64,000 nt of DNA from Octopus sinensis (Eukaryota), in contig NW_021836129.1 of the NCBI RefSeq assembly GCF_006345805.1, positions 248,001-312,000 of the forward strand, read 5' to 3'. Below are positions 1-13,557 of the stretch, one piece after another. Position numbers and translations under genes: made by a program. Each line of letters opens with the position of its first letter. The stretch's first letter is position 1. Under the pieces are notes generated by a model. It did not search any database, was not told where the DNA came from, and saw nothing but the letters and a program-made list of their open reading frames with translations.

Positions 1-327
1 TCCAGCATTCCTCTATTAGATTTAATGGTGCACTATAAGGTCCCAATCTTATAATTTCAATATCTCGAAATTCTTTTCCAATCATTTTTTTAATTGTGAA
101 TGTGCCGGTGCTTTGTCTATCACAATTCAAATTTCTGAATATTTTTCAATTTGAAATTATGGTCGTTCAAATCTTGGATCCAAGATTCACTTTTCATCTC
201 GTCTGTGTTTTGACTTTTCATTTCCATAAATAAAATTATTTCCTGTTTTAACAGATAAAATCTTTTGACAACTTTATGAATCGATAAAGATATCTTTGTA
301 AAACTACAACAAATTTCCTTTTACTAT
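1..327 (-). repeat. Composite Tc1/IS630 plus hAT-derived relic, near-identical to 19068-19394
   Basis: Direct comparison: 1-327 matches 19068-19394 with one mismatch noticed, and both copies stop at ...ttccttttactat. The minus strand has IVIDKAPAH (DNAPxH-like) and RLGPYSAPLNLIEECW. Confidence 0.85.
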
Positions 328-329
328 AA

Positions 330-560
330 TATTTTCTTATTTTTTCGATCTCCACTTGCTGTAAGTTTTGGGAAGATGTTATCCCAATTTCCACCAACAA
401 AATTTGATTCCTTATCTTGTTGAAAATAAATCGGGCTTGTTATGTTCCACGACGCTGTCGGTCTTTATAAATATGTTCACTCTGATTTCAACCTTCTCAT
501 TCGACGATACAGATTCTATGTAAGTGGATTTAAAGGATTAATTTGTGGTGTAATTTTTTT
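330..560 (-). mobile_element. Fragment of the restriction-like endonuclease (RLE) domain of an R2/R4-type non-LTR retrotransposon
   Basis: Minus strand, with frameshifts: EKVEIRVNIFIKTDSVVEHNKPDLF ... VEIGITSSQNLQQVEIEKIRKY, a PD-(D/E)xK pattern paralogous to 33020-33614. Confidence 0.75.
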
Positions 561-779
561 AATGATTAAATTATTTGAAAATTCATCATTTTGTAATATT
601 TTTTGAGTTTATTCCAATAATTTGGTTTTTTATTATTTTAAAATTTCTTAACAATGTTATTTTATTTGTCATCCTTATTGTCATCCAGAGTGTCAGAACA
701 TTTAACAAGAGGATAAAATCTAAATATTTATCAAATTGTGATATTTGGATTTGAAATTATTATTAACAAGGAAACAAGT

Positions 780-1420
780 AACTAATAAATATGAATGCAG
801 TTCTTATCCCCGGTCCAGTTGTTTTTTTATGAAAATACAAAAATAGAAATATCGCCATGGTACTTTACAAGTGTGCTGCGCATCCAAAAGATGTCTGAGA
901 TTTATAAAAATGCGTGATGCCATTCCTGCATTCTATAATTCTACTGAAATTGACGTGGTAATTTTTGAAAACATGTTAACTGAAAATGTTTTGATTCCTT
1001 TGAAGGAGCTAGGATTTTTTCTTTTCCCAATAACCATCAATGTGTGTTGTCAGAACCTGTCATGATTCAGGATATCATTATAGTTATTCTATCCTTCATT
1101 TTATTACTTCCAATCGGCATTTCATTATTAAATGCTAATGTCCAATAGGGTGGACCTTGGAATGATAATTTTTCTGATGTATAATCTTTTCAACAAATTT
1201 TTAAATTTACATTGACACCAGTATTCAGCAGCGTTTATAACTGAATCTTTTTCTCCCCATAAATGCGTTTAAATGATGTGTTGTTTCTTTCTTTTTAAAA
1301 CTGAAGTCAGCCTGAAATAGGAATAAAGTCATCCATTTTCATATTTTTAGCAAAGCTAGTAGCTTTGTAAGTTAGAATGTGACTATTTATTGGTACATTT
1401 TGGGTCCTGGTTTGAAAAAA
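780..1420 (-). mobile_element. Decayed pogo/Tigger (CENP-B HTH plus DDE_1) transposase
   Basis: VPINSHILTYKATSFAKNMKMDDF..SG*LQF..RNNTSFKRIYGE (Tc5 HTH), KMKDRITIM..MTGSDxxxLMVIGKRKNPSSFKG and a QLDRG-I motif resembling QPLDQGII; many stops. Confidence 0.75.
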
Positions 1421-2132
1421 AGAGACAGACATTGCAGTTTCTACGTTTTTTGCGACTCAAAATGCTGCAATTAAATCCATCCAATAAAATAATTTCTTCT
1501 CTAATCTTAAATATCCGTGAATCTTGAGATACTTGAATCTTAAAAATAAAGCTAACTGAGTTTGAATTCCTTGAATAAACAAATTGAATATTTCCAATTT
1601 CTGAGAAAGTGTAAAATGACATGTGTAATAATAATTAAATTTTAAAATTATAAATTATAATTATGCGAAAATAGTAATTGCTCGTGATGAAAGTATTCAA
1701 TTAACCGATATGCAATTAACCTACATATTTTAAATGGAAAGCATATGGCATTAACCGATTTTTCAAAGATTATTTTAATAATCACTTTTATGATCGCCAG
1801 GGGTTTAAACGCAATGAGATTATTTATATGATCGCCATCTATTTTTTCAGGATACTGATACCCATTAAGAAGTAGACAAGGAGGTTTAAATGTTGTATTG
1901 TAGATGATCGTATTATATCTGAATACCATTGTTCCAGAAATAGCCGATATTTTTTAAAGATTCACTCGTTGAAGACAATTTTTTCATAGAATGATTATTT
2001 TTAATAGCACATCCACGACATAAAGAAAGTCATAATCTTCTTGTCGCGTGTGCCACACCCTGGACAATTTTGTTTGTTAGATACCTCCACGCTCTTCTTG
2101 AGATTGCAGATTTTTTGAAGGATATCTATACC

Positions 2133-2223
2133 TTTCCAAGTTCAATATGGGAATTTCCAAATTCAATATGGGATTCCCAAATTCAATATGGGATTTCCAA
2201 GTTCAAAGTGGGATTTCCAAGTT
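2133..2223. repeat. Short tandem repeat, ~20-bp unit x ~4.5
   Basis: Unit tttccaa(g/a)ttcaatatggga read directly. Confidence 0.85.
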
Positions 2224-3939
2224 AATTTTAAAATATTTGAAAAAAAATCATGACTCATTTATATCAAACGAAAAAATTAATTTCCATTAGAATTTGAAAG
2301 GCAACAAATCCATATATTCCGTTGGTCATGCAAGTGGAAAAAATTGAACTTTGTGTGCCTTCCTATAAAGAGAAGTCAATACCCAATTACAGGATATTTC
2401 CGAATCTGAATTGCAGATTTAAGACAAGACAATTATTCTTTTGGCTTCTTTTGATTTTAAAGAATAAAGTTGCTACTTCAATTAATTAGTTTAATAGATA
2501 AAAAAATATCGAATATTTTTCTTAATAATATTATTTTAGTACAAATGAGTTTAGGTAGCTTATGATTTGTTACTTTTTAAAGTTTTTCAAGAAATTGGTT
2601 TGATTTAATTCGTTTTCCGACTTGAGAAATCATGCATGACTGTTTTTCCCCAAACTTTACCGAATCCTTTCTTTTAATTTCCCATGACAGTTCTGTATTT
2701 GCAGTAACAATTTCCGAAATGAATGAAAAAGTGATCCTGAGAAAATCACATACCCTGTTTTCACTTCCCGGTAAACTAGAATCATTTCAAATTTAGAAAA
2801 TTTCATATATCATTATCTTCACGTTTTCACATATTCTAATCTTAGTTTTCTTGCTTTCGCGGGAATTGCCACAGTATAAGAAATTTAAAACAGCTATAAA
2901 AATGTTGACAAATCGGCGATTTTATTTATTCAATAAATTTATGAGACCAAGCCTGTGATTGATTTTTGTAGAAGTAGTAATGAGTGATCGATGAGAAGGC
3001 AACCGAGTCTAGCTGGCTATAAAAAAATGTCCAGCTGCTAGCCTGAGTTGCGGGTTCAATGAGTCGAGCCATACATAACCTGCAGTGTTTTAAAAAGGAA
3101 ACCCCAAATAAAATCCACCAATTCAGCTTGCCTGAAATATTTCCAGAGTTCAGTCTTGTTTCAGAAAAGTTGGATTTATAGAACATTTTTCAAAAATTAA
3201 ACTTTGTGTTCCTATAATAAAAAAATAATAATTAACTCTCTCTCTTTTCTCCCTTGATCTTGAAAATTGTGTGGCTGGCACAAGTCTTTTTATGACCCCT
3301 GGAATCGCGAAAGTGTTATGTTGTTGTTGTTTCTATAATAGCGAGATGAATCCCGGATTGGCTGTTTTTGGAGCTCGGGTAATCTGCGAGTAATATAAAC
3401 CCTACAAGCGCAGGATTTCATATTTTCAAATATGCAATTATCGATATCTGGATATTTAGTCCTATAATGTCACCTGAGGAAACATTTGATAGCCGAATCA
3501 ATTTTAAATCACTACATTCGGTTATGTTTAAGAAACCAAATATCTACTTTCCCCTAATCGTTTTTCAAATAGAATAATTGGCCACAAGAATTGTACTGTC
3601 TTTTCCAAAATAGGAATTTGTTTTCCGAACGCTAGGATTAATATAATTTCGGATTAATTTTGTTTATTATTATCAAAAAAATAATTTTATTGATTAATTT
3701 TTTTAATTAATTTTTTCAAATTTAATTAACACCACGTTTTTCGTAATTCTATGTTTAGAAAAACGACTGAAGTCAAAATTCATCTAAAAGAACAGAAAAT
3801 GTCGTTGAATGAATTGTTTCGAATTATCAAAAGAGAAGTAAACCTGAACCTAGAAAATTCTACTTTATTTGAAATTTAAAAAAATAAAGAACAATGAAAA
3901 ATAGTGAGAGTTCAAAGCTTTTAAAAATCATTATCTGTT

Positions 3940-4718
3940 TCACTGATAGAATGGTTATTTCAAATGGATGCTATTAACGGCTACCTGACTGATGAAATTA
4001 AGGAATTTGGACAAAAGTTAAATATTGAAGACCTGCAATTTAGCAAAGGATGGTTGTATAAATTCAAAATCGGTTCAATTTGAAATTCAAAGTATTTTAC
4101 GGAGAAGAAAATTTAATGAATGATGCTGATTTTTCAGCACATAGACAAAAATTGATTGAAAAATTGGCAGGAATTGACCCAGAAGTTATACTAAATATGG
4201 ATGAAGCGACTTTTTTCAAACATTTCCTACAAGAACGATTTCATTAAGCCAAAGAAAAGCCGTAAAACAATCTAAAGTTCGAATAACTTTTATTGGATAC
4301 AGCAAGAAACCAAAATGTTTCAGAGGATTCAATGTTTGAAAATACTGTCATTATTATGAAAATTCGAAAGCTTGGATGACCAGTTATTTGTTTAATTGCA
4401 TGATGCACAATAATGAGCTAGACCAAATTATGATTGAACAAGATATCCTTCAAACAGAAAAAGTCATTTATAAAATCATTGCACTGTTTTAAGAAGAATA
4501 CAGTGTTGAAGATATCATATTTAATGCTGAAGATGGCCAGGTCGATGAGGATTACGATATTAGCCCAACCACTTTATTTGATGCAATTCAAATTGTTTTT
4601 AATAAATAATGTGTTTTTGATCACTAATTTGATTGTTTATTTAACAATCATATAAATTTTAGATTTCTTCAAAGGGAAAGTCGGTTTGAATTTTTCGGAT
4701 TAACGAGGGTTGACTGTA
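3940..4718 (+). mobile_element. Decayed pogo/Tigger element with probable right TIR
   Basis: LQFSKGWLYKFK and ILNMDEA (first catalytic D region). The segment ends ...cggattaacgagggttgactg-TA, i.e. a Tigger-like CAGTCAACCCTCG end next to TA. No left TIR found. Confidence 0.7.
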
Positions 4719-4919
4719 CATGTAAAAAACTGAATTTTTTTTAAAGTCTATAGTTTGAGTTTTGGAATATTTTTTTGATGGGAGCTTTCACAGGACAGAG
4801 TCAAAGGTTTTGTGGATGCCTACAAAGCAAAGCATGGTTTTTTAGTGTTTTAGTTTGCTTGAAAAATTGGAACAAATGAATTCCGTCAAAAACTCTTTTA
4901 TTCTTTAAGAACCATTTTT

Positions 4920-5010
4920 TCGAGAATTTTGGATATGGATCGTCTCTTGGTCTTCCAGGTTTCAGTATCGGTCTTATTAGAGCCTGTTTCCATAATGACG
5001 GAATCACATT
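4920..5010 (-). mobile_element. LINE reverse transcriptase fragment
   Basis: IPSLWKQALIRPILKPGRPRDDP matches the WKxAxxxPIxKPGK RT motif. Confidence 0.7.
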
Positions 5011-5395
5011 ATGGTTTATCGAGTAGTTGAAGATAGCCGTTAGAAACTTGACTTTTTCAACACCCAGATTTATTAATAGAATGACCTGTGATTCTATTCA
5101 GTACGGATTATTATATCAGAAGACATTCGTTTGATTTTCTTGAGGCTATTTCTGATGATGATTTTATGTATTTTTTTAATTTTTTACTTTTTAGGCATCT
5201 GTAATTCGACGTGCCAGTAAGTTGTTTATATGACATTTAAGATTGTATATTTTTTGAATAGATTTTAAAAAAGTAATTTTTGGTGATAAAAATCAATTTT
5301 AACGAAATTGATTAAAATAACAATCTGAATTAATAAATCAAACAAATAGACATTAATTATATATATTATAATATACAAATTAATATTAATAGTGA

Positions 5396-7501
5396 ATGTC
5401 AAAACATGTTTTATTTGAGGATGAATTAATACAAAATGAAGCAGATTTCCTTCCAGAAACAATCAAAAAAAGGATACATATAATCGCGGAAAGACTAAGG
5501 GAAAGAACTGCTCACTACAAAGCATTGATCATGAAGGATGAAGAGTCTGAAGACGATGGATCGGAGACTTCAAAGGAAGATCAAAGTGGAATATTTAACT
5601 GATATATATTTAGGTGAGCCTGAAATAGAGATTGAGGTGAGTAAAGTAAAAGGAATTCGTTTTAAATGGAAATATAATCAAACTATTAATAGAGAAGGTA
5701 TATATATTAATTTTATATTAAATTAATAAATAAAATATATTTCAAATATAATAGGAAATTTATATTTTTCATGGCTTTGTGTTGTCTCGTTGGCATATTT
5801 TTACAATTCATTTTTCCTCACATTGCGGAGTTCAATGGACGTATATCAAAAGGACAATTTTTTGAGAAAAATTTGGTGTTTTGCTGACTATTTTTGCGAT
5901 TTTATTTATCTTATGGACATGTTTTATATAAAACCAAGATTAGAATATATACAAAATGGAATATTAATAGTATATTCTATATATACTAATATTAGAACGA
6001 CTATAAACAAACTAGAAAATACTATTTTTCTTCAAAACGTTTTAAAGTTTTCTTGATTTAAATATTTTTTGGTGGAAATCCTTTCAATTTTGCCCACAGA
6101 TTTGTTCTACTTTGTCACCATGTCTTTGGACATTCCATTTATTAGACTAAATAGAATATTAAAAGTAACCCCACATCAACCTATCTTGATAATATATTTT
6201 ATTATATATTTTAAAAATATATTAAAAATATAAATTTAATAAAAATAATAATTTATACTAGATTCATTCATTTTTTGAATTCTGGCGACTATTCGACCGA
6301 AAGTCCAAATTCGGCTACATAGTCAGGTTTTTTGTCCCCACTAAAAAAGAGTCACCAAAATAGTCAGCTACATGATCTTCCTCATACATATAGAAGCCTG
6401 TGGATACTACCTAATCTCCAAATACGAAATTCTCTACGGATCCCAAATCCCTTTCGTTGCCATGGAAACTCCCGCCAAAAATAAAACAACAACAAATGGA
6501 TATATAATGGAGAAGGAATGGCCTACATTCGGTGTTTCTACGTGGCCCTGAAGACTGCCTCCTCCATCGGGAACAACATTCCGCCGGAGACATTCGCGGA
6601 AATATGTTTCATGGGGGTGTACTGGATCCTCGGCATATTTATATTCGCTCTGCTGGCTGGCCAGGTAGAAAAGGCGGGCTTATTGGGAGATTCAAGACAT
6701 TTTTGGGTCGGCCACAACAGCCAAGATAAACTATCAGGCCTCGATGGATCAGGCTATTCATTATTTGCAGACAAATAGGCTGTCAGATGAGTTGGTGGAG
6801 AAGGTTAGGGCGTGGTATATGTATAGTTGGAAATATCAAAAATGCTTGGGTTATTTGTGGGGGAATTTATGGGTAGATGAGTCGGAGTTTGTGGAAATAT
6901 TGCCTAAAAAATTACAAGAGTCCATTGCTGTTAATATTCATTTAAAAATTATTAAAAAAGTGAAGTTGTTTAAGGTTTGTACACACAACGTTACATGTGG
7001 TTTATTAATTTATTATTTTTATTAAATAATAATTATTATTTATGAAAAATAAATAAATATAATTATTTAGGGTTTTAGTGAAGATTTATTAATAGAATTG
7101 GTGTGTCGACTAACATCGAGCATATTTCTTCCAGGGGAGTTTGTATGCAAAAAGGGGGACATTGGCAGAGAAATGTACATCATTGCCAATGGACTACTCG
7201 ATGTGGTTGGGGGAGAGAACAACGAGACAGTTTTCGTCACCCTCCAGCCTGGGACTGCCTTTGGGGAGATCAGGTTAGGGGGTCCTGGGAGTGTAGTCTG
7301 ATGGGATTCGAAGGGAGTAACAGAAGGACGGCCAATGTTGTGTCGAGGGGATTCACCTACCTTTATAGTCTTTCCAAAACTGATTTTGAGACCACTATGG
7401 CTTTCTATCCTCAGTCTTATTCTCTGCTTAAGAAAAGTGTCAAAAAGAAACTTAATAAACAGAAACCTAAAACTTTATTTAATCCTTTAATTTTTCGATA
7501 A
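5396..7501 (+). CDS. Cyclic nucleotide-gated channel beta subunit (CNGB/TAX-2-like), multi-exon; 3' end approximate
   Basis: YFCDFIYLMDMF S2-like segment, pore region YIRCFYVALKTASSIGNN (TAX-2-like), C-linker, and CNBD FLPGEFVCKKGDIGREMYII...FGEI...RRTANV. Confidence 0.9.
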
Positions 7502-9801
7502 TTTATTTTTAAATTATTTGATTAACTTCCACACTTAATATATAAAAACCGTTAAATAAATTGATAAAAATTTTAACCTTTAAAATGTTAAAAATCGGCA
7601 AGATAATACATTTTCGATTTGAAAGTAAAATCATCGAATTGATTGGCCCAATCATGCTGCATATTATCACGCAAATACAAAGATATTGCGTGAGAAAGTT
7701 CACAAATTGTCTAAAGAATTTTTCCCCTTGAAAGCCACTTGATTTCAGAATGATAAACTATACATGCAGCTTTCTTTTGCAATAATCATTAAGACCTATT
7801 TGTTTTAGATACAAATTAAAATTACAGCATCTAATCTCGGTTTATTTTGGGATTTATTAAAGCATTCAAGCTTTGGCTGTGAATCAAATGTTATTTTTTT
7901 GACTTTAAAATATTTATGTGAGCAACAATTTTCTGGGTGTACAGACTATTTGTGGCGCCTAAATTTAGAAGGCTAATAAAATCAAGTACTTTTAATGTTT
8001 TTGATTTATACTTATTTAAAAAAATTAGTTTAAACATTAATATATTTTTATTTTTCATTATTTCTAGAAACCACTGAAAATTTTCTGGGACCACGGTTGA
8101 GAACCATCGCATTAAAAAATCAATTAAAAGTATTACATTAATTAAATGTCTTATTGAAAGCATGATTCCTTGTGAATTTACTTCGATAAACATATTATTC
8201 CTGGAAAGACTGGCTGTAGAGCCAATCGAATTTGTTCAATTTGTCCAAATGCTTTTTCCTGGTTATCTTTTACCTTTCTGTGATCAAATTGGTGGTCCAT
8301 TGCTAGATCGAGTGTCGACAAAGACTCCAGGACAATAAAATCCTGTATAAATCCAAAAAATCAGATTTTTTGATATTTTATTAAAAATTATGATTTTTAA
8401 CAACCCTGGTTTAAATGTACAATTCTATCAAACTATTAGCAATTCGGCTACATCTACAATACACAAATTCATATTCCAATATCTAACAAGCACTTGAGAA
8501 GTATTCCTATCAAACACTTGTCTATAACTAACCATCTTTAAATATGTTCTCAAAAAGTAATATGTCACTAAGAACAAACAGCACCATATGAACATTTATG
8601 TTTAAGACACAAATGGAGACACAGTTCTCTGCTAAATAATAGAACAAATAATGTCACTAAATAAGAAACAAAGGACAATGAATAAAAAACCCATTTAGTT
8701 ATTCTGATAATATGAGGGAGACCAATCATATTTGCAATAGTATTGAGTCGGATACATGAAATATCGAAAGGAGAAGTATATAAACGTGTCGGATAATACT
8801 CAATTGGATATAAATAATATGTACAACACGGCACATATATTAGATTACTATACGAGGACTGATTTTGGATATTCTCAATCTCGGATAGTGTTATTTGATC
8901 AAAAAAGAGAAATTCTAAATTATCTTATTGATAACTCTTCTCTGAGTTTATGTCGTGTTTCAAAAAATTAGGTTTAACATTTTTTAGCCAATTTTCATTA
9001 ATGCTTTGCGCAAATATGATTGGATCTGATAAAACAACCCCATTGATTAACGGAAAGTTTAAGAATCCATGCGGACCACTGGACTAGAATATAAGAAATG
9101 ATTGGTAATTATTCAAGATATCGGCTTTAAGTTCTTAAAATCAATTAATTTTAGAGTTTTGATTGATTTCTTGCAGTGTGTACGACATATCAGTCCAGTT
9201 TGGAATTTCAAAATTGTAAGAAAAAAGAAAATTGGAAATAAAGTTAAGCGATAAAAAGTCAAGTTATGAAAATTATTAAAAATAGAAATAACTAAAAAAT
9301 CCAAAGTTTTTATAAAAATCAAAGTCATATGACAAATCAACTATATGATCAGACATATATTAGTAAAATCTTTTCAAGCTGTCTTAAAATAATGAAATGT
9401 TCATTAGACGACAATTCAACGTTTACACCCAATTTTTCTGAAGAAAATTCGTCCAATATCGATTGTTTGAATAAAACCCTAACCTTATTCAGAGCCTTAA
9501 CTAGTTGATCACAGACTTTATGGACCCGTCTAATAAGATTTGATATTAGACAAATTATTGATTAGACGAATTGTTTTTAGTTCAATATTTCATTGAACAA
9601 ATTTTGATAATGTCTAAAAAGAGAAGCAAACATAAAAAAACATATACGGGTCGGCAAATACTTTTGGAAAAGAGTTAATTTTTTACATTTTTGGGAAATT
9701 CGAAAAATTGAAAAGCCGCCTGATGTAGTGTTCTAATGTTTGGCTAAACGTGACCAAAAAGTAATTTATTAAATAAATAATAAAGTTTATTTTATATGAA
9801 A

Positions 9802-11588
9802 TTATCTAGATAACCCTAATCAGTACTGTTGGGATCTAAAATACCAAAGGCGGGAAAACTTTTATATAAAACAGTGGCGGGAAGACTCGACCGATTATTA
9901 CACCGAACCACAATATTGAGACTCTGTGAGCCTCGTGCATATTCCACAGGGTAAAAAGGGACCTTGCAGACCAAATGCATCTACCAGTAAATGAGAACAC
10001 CCACCGGGGCTGACAGGTCGGCATCGATCAAAGCCTGGACACTCCAGGAGTATTTTTTGCCTGAGGGATTATCACACTCTGTAATTTTGTCATAAAACAG
10101 AACGAATGAATTCTTAAGAAAATTCTTGCCGATAATTGCCACGTCATTTCCCGCGTAAACTAATGGCGGGATTATTTTGGTAATTTCCGGGTTCCCCACT
10201 GGCTGCACTATCAGACTATTATTCAGTGGCGAACCACAGGTAATAGGATTACTCCTAATCTGCACTACATTGTACCCCTCCTCTCCACAGGGCACTATAG
10301 CGCGGTATATCAGACAACACTTTGATGTCTTCTTTCTACTTTTCACTCCAAATCTGTGCTCCACGTCCGAATTCCGCAACTTTATTATCCCAATTCCGTC
10401 ATTTCTAATATATTTAATATTTATCCAATATATATTTATATATACAATATTTAATATATTTATTTAATTAATATATTTATTTAAACATAATAAATATATT
10501 TAATATTTATATACACAATTGTCATGGTGGGATCCACAAAGTCATATTCGAGCACGTTTATTCCGTCGATTGTCAACTCCCGCGGAATCACCGTGTTTTT
10601 TTGAGGAGCGCGGGAAATTTGGTAGAATAAACTAGGCACCCCCACATTCCCTTCTGTCCCAATAAACACGTGCAATCGTGCCCTTTCTCCGTGATATCCA
10701 AACAACTGGGAATCACGGTGGGGGGTACTTTCACGGTGGGGAAGGACGACTGGGAGACATCCCTCAGGGTTGTTCTACTCCCCTCAGTCAGGTACCGGGC
10801 TCGGTGATACATGTCTGGTTGGAAGACAATCTTCAGGGTCACATTACCCACGTGTTTTGGGAATTTTGTAAAAAGGGAGGGAAAACTGTTCTCGTTCAAC
10901 ATTTGTATTCTATTTGTAAAATGGCGGGCTTTTCTACGGCAAAAAATTGTTGGGGATGTTTCAGAATGGCTACTTTTTTGGAATTTATTTCTGTAATTTT
11001 TTGGTTTTCTAATTCCCGCCTTTTTATTAGGGTAACCACCTCACCTTGTTTGTTACTCTTCCTTTATTAGGGGGACTAAATTCAGTGGAACGACTCCCCG
11101 GGGTCTAAAATCACGTGTTAGAGTACTACAGCATCCGAGGACTGTGCCACTGTGTCAAACAACTCAGAATCAGGTCTCAGAGGGGAGGCGTCTTTAAAAG
11201 GACATTTCTGGCCCGCCAATTCCCCGGTTTCTGAGTTGTAGAGTGGCGACCCTACACAGGAATAGTAGTTCATTGTGGATTGAGTGACGTGGGGTGGTTT
11301 TGTGGTTGTTATTTGTGCATTGTTTGTGGCTGTTTGGTACATGTCTGTGTATGTGTATGAATTATTAGGTAGGAGAGGACATTGGGGATTGTTAGAGGAC
11401 TTGTCTTCACCCCCCACTGAAGTCAGTTGGCGGAAGAGTTCACTCAAAGCAGTCCTCTCTTCAGGATTTGACATTGCGTTTTGAAAAAGTGATAATAATG
11501 TGCTCTTTGTGGGTTGAGCAACATAATTGTCTGAGGGTGTCTCGAAGGGGGGATAAAACATGGAGGAGTAATTGTCCTCTGTGTGCAT
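9802..11588 (-). CDS. NFAT5: NFAT5-like Rel-homology transcription factor (RHD plus IPT), multi-exon; ends approximate
   Basis: LKIVFQPDMYHRARYLTEGSR..DVSQSSFPTVK, LRNSDVEHRFG..KKTSKCCLIYR, and IPT segment EITKIIPPLVYAGNDVAIIGKNF. Confidence 0.88.
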
Positions 11589-12147
11589 TTTGGTGTTAGT
11601 AGAAGGCTGAACATCGAATGGAGGGAAAAAATAAGTCTGGTCTTGACTATTTAAAATGTTTCTAGAAGGTTCTATGTGTGCTGTGGGTTCGAATTGGTTA
11701 AAAAAGTTGTCTTGATATATTGGGTTATTTTTATCTTGTTTATCTGGATAAATATTAATATTTATTTAAATACCATTTTGATTGTTGCCAGTGTTGAATT
11801 GGTTTTCTTCCATTTATATTTTTTAGTAGATAAATCTTAAGGAAACCACATTAATGAGGTCAAAATGATGAATTAGTCCTTTATTATCTTTAGGTTAACC
11901 AGATTAGATAATTTTATTATTAAAAATAAAATCAATAACATATAATTAATGTAAATTATAAATATTTAATTTAATATTAAATTTATTTTTTTAAATATAG
12001 TTTTTCCGTAATTAAAACATATATGTACAAATAAAATGAAACTTTTATTGAATTAAAATAATTTAAATTAATTATATATTTTAATAAAATATTATTATAA
12101 ATATTTAAAATAAAAACTTTTAAATAAAACTTTGTTTTGTGGGGTAT

Positions 12148-13237
12148 ATGGAGAACTGTTTTGGAGACAATTTATTGTCCTTGAATTCTCCAAAATTATT
12201 CAAAAACGTGCCTATAAATTGGAAATGCATGAAATGGACAATTCAAGACCTTCAAGAAATATTCAAAAACGATTCCTTAAATTTCCAAATCGGCAAAAAA
12301 CTAAAATCCGGTAAAAAAACACCTCAAAAACCCCAGAAATTGAATTCGAAAACGAACGAATACAAATACAAACAACAATAAAAGAATTCCTAAATTGGCT
12401 CCACAACAACCCAGTGGAAGGTCCCCTATCCACCTACCACCCCCACGACTACTTTGCCTACTGTTCATACCAATATATGTTCAAATTATTCAAAAAAGAG
12501 CGCCAAATATTAACAGTAAAATAAACGTCTCTGATTGGTCAATTTCCAGGGCGTTGATTGGTCAATTTTTGGATTTAAAAATTACTCAGAAAAGGACTCC
12601 ACCCTCTGGCTGGGGTCCCCGGGTGCCTTCACTCCTCTCCACTACGACACGTATGGAGTCAATTTGGTGGTACAAATATTCGGGAGGAAGAGATGGACTC
12701 TTTTCCCGCCATCCGATACCACTAATTTGTACCCCACGAGGGTCCCCTATGAGGAATCCTCAGTTTTTAGTCCGGTTAACCCAAATAATCCAGATTTAAA
12801 TAAATTTCCGGATTTTGTGGTAAAAAATTGGTTTTTTTTGGTAGAAAGTTTCTCCGGTTGTGTTTGAACTGAATTCTGGGGATGTTTTTTACGTTCCGCG
12901 ACACTGGTGGCATTTTGTGGAGAACCTGGAACCTTCGTTGTCCATAAACTGTTGGATGGAAATCGTTATTTTCCGTTTTTTTCAGTTTTTTTAGCCACAG
13001 GATGACGGAGAACGAGAATTGGAGTCGATTGTGAATGTTTTGCATTCTGTTTTTGTCAATTCTGGTTTTGAGGGTGTTTTACGTGGACGAATGATCAAGA
13101 AATGTTTTTTTGACTGTTTTTTGAGGATTTTTAGGTGCAAAGTGTGGAGGAGAGTGTTCGGCTTCTTAATCAGATTTTTGTTTCTGGGGGAATTAGTGGT
13201 AAGGATTTTTTTAATGTTGTCACGTCGAGGAATGTAA
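12148..13237 (+). CDS. HSPBAP1: JmjC-domain protein HSPBAP1, multi-exon
   Basis: STLWLGSPGAFTPLHYDTYGVNLVVQIFGRKRWTLFPP...LYPTRVPYEESSVFS and GDVFYVPRHWWHFVEN. Confidence 0.9.
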
Positions 13238-13319
13238 TTGAGTTAATTTCGAATTTAATTAAAAAAAAGTTTTTTTAATTTTTTTAATTAAATATTATAA
13301 ATATTTAGTGTTGTGGAGT

Positions 13320-13557
13320 ATGGAAAATGATACTATTTATTTGTTGTTAAAACTAGTACTGGGGATTCTTATTGTGCTTGTACTTGGCTTTATTATTAGA
13401 TATATATGGTGAGATATTTAATATATATTTTAGGAAACGTATTAAGTATCGGGCTCCCTTTCCGTTAGGCCAGACATCCTTCCACAGACTCCCCACTGAG
13501 CTTTCTGAAGAAGTCGCAGTGTATGATGTTACTCTTCCTGACACAACTAAGCCTTAA
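13320..13557 (+). CDS. 70-aa single-pass membrane microprotein (2 exons, 25-nt intron 13409-13433)
   Basis: The spliced ORF reads MENDTIYLLLKLVLGILIVLVLGFIIRYIWKRIKYRAPFPLGQTSFHRLPTELSEEVAVYDVTLPDTTKP*. The GT-AG micro-intron restores the frame; a hydrophobic segment is followed by a basic stretch. Confidence 0.65.

Noticed and set aside
8200-9000. Possible gene between the CNG and NFAT genes (ORFs 8568-8834 and 8756-8971)
   Set aside because: No recognisable motif or consistent exon chain on either strand.
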